Shown: one piece after another, positions 58,258 through 64,000 of the stretch | Layout: every line of letters starts with the position of its first letter | How positions within the stretch are numbered: position 1 is the first letter of the stretch | Assembly: GCA_050331735.1 (NCBI GenBank) | Contig: JBHJGN010000031.1 | Span: forward strand, 96,001 to 160,000 | Reading direction: 5' to 3' | Length of the DNA: 64,000 nt | Origin: Cyanophyceae cyanobacterium | GTDB lineage: Bacteria; Cyanobacteriota; Cyanobacteriia; Cyanobacteriales; JBHJGN01 | The notes under the pieces: model-generated | Seen by the model: only the letters and a program-made list of their open reading frames with translations | What the model was told of the DNA's origin: nothing | Databases searched by the model: none | Program-made: the position numbers and the translations under genes

Positions 58258-59769
58258 CTAGTTTGCGGAGCAGGAAGACAGCTTACTGGTGGTCGTCAGG
58301 GGCAGAGTGAACCAAAAGATGGTAAAAGAGTTGGAATCGCTGATTACCCCAATTTCTCCCCCGTGAGCCGTAACAATTTGTTGACACAGATAAAGCCCTA
58401 ACCCCAATCCAGGCATATAGCGAGCGCGTTGACCGCGAGTATACAGCTCGAAGAGTCGCTGACGCTGCTCGCGGGGAATTCCGATGCCGTTATCTTGGAC
58501 GCGGCAGAGCAGCATCGGCATCATGAGGCTAGAAGTAGTCGGTAAGGTTGGTAACACCGTTTGGGGTCGGTTTGCTCGTAGCAAAGACATGCTGCTGGGC
58601 TGGCAAGCCAAACTGTGTGCATCCTTTAGCACTTCGGCCTCTAAAATCAATCGAATGCCGGGAGGGTTGTGCTTGAGGGCATTATCCACCAGGTTACTGA
58701 ATACCCGCCAGAGGTGAGTGGGATCGGCTTGAACGGGCGGCAGGGCAGGACTAATGGCGTTGTGTAGCTCTACCTTATTTTGCGTGAGTCTCGGTTCAAC
58801 ATCCGCGAGCACTGCGTCAACGACAGCGCTGAGCTGAAGAGGCTGACAGCGAAGCGTAATGCCCTGGCTATCGGCATGATAGGCTTCGACGAGAGCATTG
58901 ATCAGTGCTAGCTGGCGATCGCTTCCCTGGACGAGGCGCTCTAGCACCGGAACATCAATTTTGACGGAGCCATTATCGGCTTGATTGAGTAAATGTTTGG
59001 TCACCAGTGCCGTTCCCATGACAGGATTACGAAGGTCGTGGGAGAGCGCATGTAACAAGATCTTCAGCTCTCGCCGGGATTCAAACTCAGAGCGGCGCAA
59101 TCGTTCATAAACACAAATGCTGACGTTACAAATCAGGCACACCCAAACGATTTCAACAAAAGCTCCCAGATTGTACACATCTTCAATAATAGAGAGGTTT
59201 ACGTTTTTAGTAAATCTGAGAAGAGGTGAGACCACCGTGAAGTAGGTGATTGGTAATAGCTGAGAGAGTAGATGCAGGGGCCAGCGCAGCGGTAAAAGCA
59301 CGGCGAAGACCAGAAAAACAATGGTGCTTGGTTTAACGGGAATTCCATAGAACGTGGAGGTAATCTGAGTAACCAACCCATTAAGAGAGCTAGCAAAAAT
59401 GAGAAAGACAATTGCTGGATAGCGTTTTCCCCAGCGGCTTCGCTGCATCAGTATACAGACAACAATGAGCGCTGTTGTTACGAAGAAGCTGATCAAGGTG
59501 ATATCGCGTAAATCTTCGGCCCGCCAAGGTTGACCGTAAAGTGTGTCTAGGTCTGAGCGGATCTGCTCGAGTTTAAAGATGTACTTATAAAGGAGGTGAC
59601 TCGTTGCTATCAGGAAGCAAATCAGCCCGATCCACAGCCCAAAGCTGAGCTGCTGATGTAAAAACTCATGTCGCCATCGGAGATAATCGGCTGATTCGGC
59701 AGGAAAAAGAGTGCGTTTTACCTGAGACCAGCACTGATGAGTTTGTTGTCGCAGGTCGCGAAGATTCAT
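58258..59769 (-). CDS. Membrane sensor histidine kinase (paralog of 45218-46711)
   Basis: LSHDLRNP, NLVDNALKHNP, VQDNGIGI and GLGLGLYLC; colinear with the paralog along its whole length. Confidence 0.92.
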   Translation of the reverse strand: MNLRDLRQQTHQCWSQVKRTLFPAESADYLRWRHEFLHQQLSFGLWIGLICFLIATSHLLYKYIFKLEQIRSDLDTLYGQPWRAEDLRDITLISFFVTTALIVVCILMQRSRWGKRYPAIVFLIFASSLNGLVTQITSTFYGIPVKPSTIVFLVFAVLLPLRWPLHLLSQLLPITYFTVVSPLLRFTKNVNLSIIEDVYNLGAFVEIVWVCLICNVSICVYERLRRSEFESRRELKILLHALSHDLRNPVMGTALVTKHLLNQADNGSVKIDVPVLERLVQGSDRQLALINALVEAYHADSQGITLRCQPLQLSAVVDAVLADVEPRLTQNKVELHNAISPALPPVQADPTHLWRVFSNLVDNALKHNPPGIRLILEAEVLKDAHSLACQPSSMSLLRANRPQTVLPTLPTTSSLMMPMLLCRVQDNGIGIPREQRQRLFELYTRGQRARYMPGLGLGLYLCQQIVTAHGGEIGVISDSNSFTIFWFTLPLTTTSKLSSCSAN

Positions 59770-59808
59770 AGAAACAGCGTTGGTGGGCCAGAGTGCATCG
59801 GTAATGGC

Positions 59809-59848
59809 ACCTTACCTTAGCGGGGGCGATCGCACATCGTCCACTCAG
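59809..59848 (-). promoter_or_regulatory. Shared promoter motif upstream of the kinase
   Basis: Minus strand CTGAGTGGACGATG, 20 nt, then TAAGGT. Confidence 0.45.
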
Positions 59849-59984
59849 TCATTTTTGAGAGCATTCTAGGCTTCTCTTTGTGGGACAACGCAGGAGAAAA
59901 CTATGTTATACCTCTTAGAGCAGCATTTCCCCTCAACAAAGTTTCAGAACGACAACAATACGCACAGAACAGTATCCTGTTTGA

Positions 59985-60026
59985 CCAGTCGGACGATGTG
60001 GCATTCTCTCTTAACATGAATAATAT
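59985..60026 (+). promoter_or_regulatory. Shared promoter motif upstream of the GNAT gene
   Basis: CCAGTCGGACGATG, 22 nt, then TAATAT. Confidence 0.55.
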
Positions 60027-60120
60027 TCCTTGTCCTCAAAAGACACTTAACTTTGCCAATAGACGATTCTGTAAACTAAACCAGTGTTTGTCAGCTACAA
60101 AAGATTTTTAATTGCAATTA

Positions 60121-60627
60121 ATGGTTATTTTAAAAACAAATCGCCTGCTCCTGCGCCTCTTTAGAGAGGAAGATTTCGAGGAGTATGCCGCTTTATTTTC
60201 TCAGCCAGAAGTGGTTCAATATCTGGGCAACGGAGCACCGCTATCACGGGTCGTCGCTTGGCAGAGTCTTGCGTCACAACTGGGTCACTGGCAGCTCAGA
60301 GGCTATGGGATGTGGGCGGTTGAGGAGCGTGATAGTCAAGCGTTTGTCGGACGAATTGGCTTTTTCGATGCCGAAGGCTGGCCTGGCTTTGAATTAGGAT
60401 GGGTACTAAAGCCTGCTTACTGGGGGCGGGGTTACGCTACAGAGGGAGCAAAAATAGCGCTGAACTATGCTTTTGATTATCTAGACCAAAAGCGCGTGCT
60501 CAGCCTGATTCATCCCGACAATATCCGCTCAATTCGAGTTGCTGAGAGGTTAGGAGCGAAACCTGCGGGAGAGACGGAAACCTTTGGTAAAAGAGTACTG
60601 GTCTACGCCATTGAGCGACGAGAATAA
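60121..60627 (+). CDS. RimJ/RimL-type GNAT acetyltransferase
   Basis: L.T.RLLLR, ELGW.L...YWGRGYATEGA and IHPDN.RS.RVAERLG. Confidence 0.92.
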   Translation: MVILKTNRLLLRLFREEDFEEYAALFSQPEVVQYLGNGAPLSRVVAWQSLASQLGHWQLRGYGMWAVEERDSQAFVGRIGFFDAEGWPGFELGWVLKPAYWGRGYATEGAKIALNYAFDYLDQKRVLSLIHPDNIRSIRVAERLGAKPAGETETFGKRVLVYAIERRE

Positions 60628-61013
60628 AGAATCGGGTTTATAACCTCGTCAACTTTAGTTCCAGGTCAACGGAAAGAATTGTTCTGTTCTGTATTAACTA
60701 AAAGACGATTGAGGCAGTTGAGTGTTAGCTATTAGTCCCTGCTCGTCGCTGCTTTGAGCAAGCTCGCTCTTCTGTTTAACCTCCTTTAAAGATTGAGCCT
60801 CTGTGTTGAAAGCGATCGCATCTGAAGCCTAAACAGTGGAAATATTGGGGTTACTGTAGCTCAATTAGCGTGACTTCAGCAGTTTAGTCGCTTTTAATAC
60901 ATCCCTCTAGACCAGATTGAAGGAAACTGCGAGTAACGAAGATAACAAATACGGGGAAACGGGGAAGGGGGAAAGGGTAAAGGCAATTTCTTCATGGCCC
61001 AGAATTTAGAACT

Positions 61014-62369
61014 ATGGAAAAGCTCTCTCCCGAACTACAGACCTTACACGCAACTTTAGTAGAACAGGGCGTTAAGTATGCGCTAGCTAGCTACGTTGAT
61101 GTTCACGGCATCTGCAAGGCCAAAGCAGTTCCCCTGGCACACTTTGCTCAGATGATGCAGGGAGCGGAGTTGTTTACCGGAGCCGCCCTGGATGGCGTTC
61201 CCCAAGCTGTCAATGATGAGGAAGTGTCGGCAAGACCTGACCCCGATACCGCTACAGTCCTTCCCTGGAACCCAGAAATTGTCTGGTTCGCTAGCGATCT
61301 GTATTTGCAGGGGAAGCCGTTTAGCGCCTGCTGCCGAACGATCTTAAAAAAAGTCCTCAATCAGGCCGCTCAAATGGGTTTAGGCTTTAATTTGGGGATT
61401 GAAACGGAATTTTTTATCCTCAAAGACGCTAACGGTCAGGCTGTCCCGGTGAGCGATCGCGATACGCTAGCTAAACCCTGTTACGACCTCACCGGATTGC
61501 TCGATAACTACCCGTGGGTGAGCGAAATTGTCGAGACCATGAATCAACTGGGATGGGATGTCTACTCCTTCGACCATGAAGATGCTAACGGTCAGTTTGA
61601 AACGGATTTTGCCTACTGCGATGCCCTGAAAATGGCGGACCGTTTAACATTTTTTCGGTTGATGGTTAAGGAAATTGCCCGCAGACACGGCCATTTTGCC
61701 AGCTTTATGCCCAAGCCCTTTGGCGATCGCACGGGCAGCGGCGCTCACTATAATATGTCTCTCTACGATATTAATACGGGTGAGAACTTATTTACTAGCA
61801 GTGACGATCCCCGTGGCTGTGGACTATCAAAGCTCGGCTATCAGTTTATCGCTGGAGTGCTGAAACATGCAGCGGCGGTATGTGCCGTGATTGCGCCCAC
61901 CGTAAACAGCTACAAACGATTGATCCCGAGAGGCAGTATGTCGGGGTTTACCTGGGCTCCTGTCTATATTTGCTACGGCAACAACAACCGCACCAATATG
62001 CTGAGGATTCCCCTAGGCGGGGGGCGAGTTGAGTGCAGAGCTGCCGATATTTCCAATAATCTATATTTAGGAGCTGCCATGATTTTAGCAGCAGGTTTAG
62101 AAGGAATCAGAGAAGATCTAGCTCCAGGGGAACTCCATACCGAAAATATGTATGAATATTCTCCAGAAGAACTCAAGATGAAGGGCATTGATACCTTACC
62201 CCGTACCCTTGGCGAGGCCATTGAAGCCTTTGCCGCCGATCCTCTCAGTCAGTTAGTGATGGGAGACTTGATGTATCAGACCTACGTAGATTTCAAATCC
62301 CAGGAGTGGCAGGAGTACCATAACCACATTTCTGATTGGGAACGAGAGCGGTATTTGAAGTTTTTTTAG
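61014..62369 (+). CDS. glnT: Type III glutamate-ammonia ligase (GlnT / gamma-glutamylmethylamide synthetase-like)
   Basis: YVDVHG..KAKAVP, FTGAALDG, LGIETEFF, DHEDANGQFE, FMPKPF..RTGSGAH, PTVNSYKRL, TWAP..I.YG.NNRTNMLR and WE.ERYL. Confidence 0.88.
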   Translation: MEKLSPELQTLHATLVEQGVKYALASYVDVHGICKAKAVPLAHFAQMMQGAELFTGAALDGVPQAVNDEEVSARPDPDTATVLPWNPEIVWFASDLYLQGKPFSACCRTILKKVLNQAAQMGLGFNLGIETEFFILKDANGQAVPVSDRDTLAKPCYDLTGLLDNYPWVSEIVETMNQLGWDVYSFDHEDANGQFETDFAYCDALKMADRLTFFRLMVKEIARRHGHFASFMPKPFGDRTGSGAHYNMSLYDINTGENLFTSSDDPRGCGLSKLGYQFIAGVLKHAAAVCAVIAPTVNSYKRLIPRGSMSGFTWAPVYICYGNNNRTNMLRIPLGGGRVECRAADISNNLYLGAAMILAAGLEGIREDLAPGELHTENMYEYSPEELKMKGIDTLPRTLGEAIEAFAADPLSQLVMGDLMYQTYVDFKSQEWQEYHNHISDWERERYLKFF

Positions 62370-62513
62370 CAAGTAGCTCTTAGCTGTTAGTTTTTAGCTG
62401 TCCTACTACAACCTTGGATGAGAAGGACGCTTATTAAGTAGTCAGGAGACCATGAACCATCAACAATTAACAAAAAACTAGAATGTTAAGACTGATCAGA
62501 TTAGGAGGAAAAA

Positions 62514-63467
62514 ATGACAACAACGTTAACAATTCCGGTCATTGATTTTGCGGCTTTTATCAACGGGAATGAGGCTCAGCAGCAGCGAGTTGCTCAAGAG
62601 ATTTACGAAGCTTGCCACCGCATCGGGTTTATGTACCTCAAAGATCTAGGAATCTCTCAAGAGTTAATCCATCGCGTTTTTGCCCAGTCTCAACATTTCT
62701 TTTCTCTGCCAACCGAGGTCAAAAATCAGGTCGCTTGGTCCGATGCAGTCAGTAATCGTGGCTATGTGGGCATCGAACGAGAACGCCTAGACGAAACCAA
62801 GCCAGGAGATCTTAAAGAAGCGTTCAACGTTGGCAAAGAAGTTGGTGCGAATGAATTAGAAACCAATCCCGCTTTAACCCGCAACCAGTGGCTAGCAGAG
62901 GAGCCAGATTTTAAAGAAACCGTTTTAGAGTTCTACAAAGCCAGCGCGGCAGCGGCTGACCGCGTTTGCCAAGCCTTTGCACTTGCCCTCAACACGTCCG
63001 CCTCTTTCTTTGCCGATAAGCACTCTCAGCACGACTATACCCTGCGACTGCTGCACTATCCTCCGGTTCCACAGGCTCCTAAACCGGATCAGGTGAGGGC
63101 AGGAGCCCATTCTGACTACGGAAGCCTGACGCTGCTCTTTCAAGATGCAGTGGGCGGTTTAGAAGTGCGAACAGCGCAAGGAGAATGGATTAACGCTCCC
63201 TCCATTCCCGGTACGGTGGTGGTCAATACAGGAGATTTAATGCAGCGGTGGACAAACCACGTTTTCTGTTCAACCAAGCATCGGGTGCGGATTCCCACCG
63301 ACGAACGAGTGAAGCGATCGCGCTACTCGATTGCCCTGTTTTGCCATCCCAACTACGATACCGAAATTGCCTGTCTCGAAAGCTGCCAGGGAAGCGAGCG
63401 CCCTCCCCTATATCCCCCAATTAAGGCAGGAGACTATTTAATGAGTCGTCTGCAAGCTACTTACTAG
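62514..63467 (+). CDS. 2-oxoglutarate/Fe(II) dioxygenase, isopenicillin N synthase-like family
   Basis: IPVIDF, NRGY, DLKEAF, LRLLHYP, HSD...H facial triad (GAHSDYG, STKHRV) and RYS; RBS AGGAGG. Confidence 0.93.
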   Translation: MTTTLTIPVIDFAAFINGNEAQQQRVAQEIYEACHRIGFMYLKDLGISQELIHRVFAQSQHFFSLPTEVKNQVAWSDAVSNRGYVGIERERLDETKPGDLKEAFNVGKEVGANELETNPALTRNQWLAEEPDFKETVLEFYKASAAAADRVCQAFALALNTSASFFADKHSQHDYTLRLLHYPPVPQAPKPDQVRAGAHSDYGSLTLLFQDAVGGLEVRTAQGEWINAPSIPGTVVVNTGDLMQRWTNHVFCSTKHRVRIPTDERVKRSRYSIALFCHPNYDTEIACLESCQGSERPPLYPPIKAGDYLMSRLQATY

Positions 63468-63558
63468 CGCCGCAGGCGCGGGAAAACTGTCGCGTTTACG
63501 AAGTTCTTCCGGAGGAAGCACACGACGGGGAAAGGGGAAAGGGAAAGGGGGAAAGGGA
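63465..63558 (+). repeat. Dispersed repeat family A, starting at the dioxygenase TAG
   Basis: TAGCGCCGCAGGCGCGGGAA...ACGGGGAAAGGGGAAAGGGAAAGGGGGAAAGGG. Confidence 0.72.
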
Positions 63559-63593
63559 GTTTAGCTGCTCCTTTTTTAGGGAGGCTTTGGTCG

Positions 63594-63636
63594 TGTAGCA
63601 AATAATACAAATAAGTTAGCTTCTGTTTGCCAAGCT
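63594..63636 (+). promoter_or_regulatory. NtcA box and class II promoter
   Basis: TGTAGCAAATAATACA (perfect GTA-N8-TAC, 63595-63608), 22 nt, then CAAGCT. Confidence 0.75.
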
Positions 63637-63701
63637 AAGTCAGAGGAAGCTTCTATGCTTTGATAAACAAATTGCTTTAAATTTCATGAACTAACAAGCG
63701 T

Positions 63702-64000
63702 ATGCTGCAAAAATCTCCCCTTTTCCCCTTCCCCCTTCCCCCTTCCCCGACTTCTGCAAGAAGTCTCCTCGGCTGTGTTGTCCTGCTAATATCGCTCGTT
63801 CTAGGCGGCTGTGGTGGTTCAAATACCGAGCAAACCACTGAACCGACGGAAACAGAGGCCGCTACCGAAACCACTGCGGAGGACGAACCGAGTTTGGCGA
63901 TCGTGCTTGGGGGTCCGGCTAACGATGACTCGTGGAATGAAGCGGCTTACGATGCGGCTCAGGCATTAGAAGCAGAAGGCGTAGAGGTGGCGATTTCAGA
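63702..64000 (+). CDS. BMP-family ABC transporter substrate-binding lipoprotein, 3'-truncated by the window edge
   Basis: Not in the ORF track. It reads MLQKSPLFPFPLPPSPTSARSLLGCVVLLISLVLGGC (lipobox), then a T/E linker, then LAIVLGGPANDDSWNEAAYDAAQALEAEGVEVAIS, the D.SWN motif of BMP/PnrA proteins. Confidence 0.85.
   Translation, partial: MLQKSPLFPFPLPPSPTSARSLLGCVVLLISLVLGGCGGSNTEQTTEPTETEAATETTAEDEPSLAIVLGGPANDDSWNEAAYDAAQALEAEGVEVAIS

Noticed and set aside
60856..60950. NtcA site upstream of glnT (GTC-N8-TAC at 60887-60900)
   Set aside because: Imperfect half-site with no -10 at the canonical distance; too weak to call.
407..63874. Numerous short antisense or nested ORFs in the six-frame track (for example 23792-24208, 39747-40241, 43157-43705)
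   Set aside because: They mostly overlap well-supported genes on another frame or strand and show no motifs; treated as shadow ORFs.
1..64000. Frequent GCGATCGC octamers as a novel repeat
   Set aside because: This is the well-known cyanobacterial HIP1 palindrome; used only as taxonomic and amelioration evidence.

Overview
This is a cyanobacterial chromosomal segment: the HIP1 octamer GCGATCGC is frequent, and ndhM, ppa, hisZ and cobK are present. Housekeeping genes are interleaved with accessory blocks. (1) 5.3-16.8 kb holds a cyanobacterial-type (MPF_C-like) type IV secretion cluster with virD4 divergent from virB2/B3/B4/B5/B6/B8-like genes. No relaxase, integrase or virB10 is visible in the window. 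A candidate immunity-effector pair sits directly after virB4, suggesting a protein-delivering, possibly antagonistic, T4SS rather than a conjugation system. (2) 25.6-28.7 kb is a proteobacterial-type dapD / class-IV aminotransferase / dapE cluster: a succinylase DAP route, unexpected in a cyanobacterium, with an IlvE-like enzyme where DapC would be needed. (3) At ~1.06-1.17 kb is an NtcA-box-driven NsiR4-like sRNA. (4) 40-60.6 kb is an accessory region with two-component systems, a duplicated sensor kinase, TetR/P450 and transferases; five of its promoters share a motif. (5) 61-64 kb is a GlnT/GmaS-like ligase, a 2OG-Fe(II) oxygenase and an NtcA-boxed BMP lipoprotein, a probable organic-nitrogen scavenging locus. 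Two dispersed repeat families abut stop codons, and one has become part of protein termini. No rRNA, tRNA, CRISPR array or transposase was recognised. All family calls come from motif recognition by eye, not from database searches.
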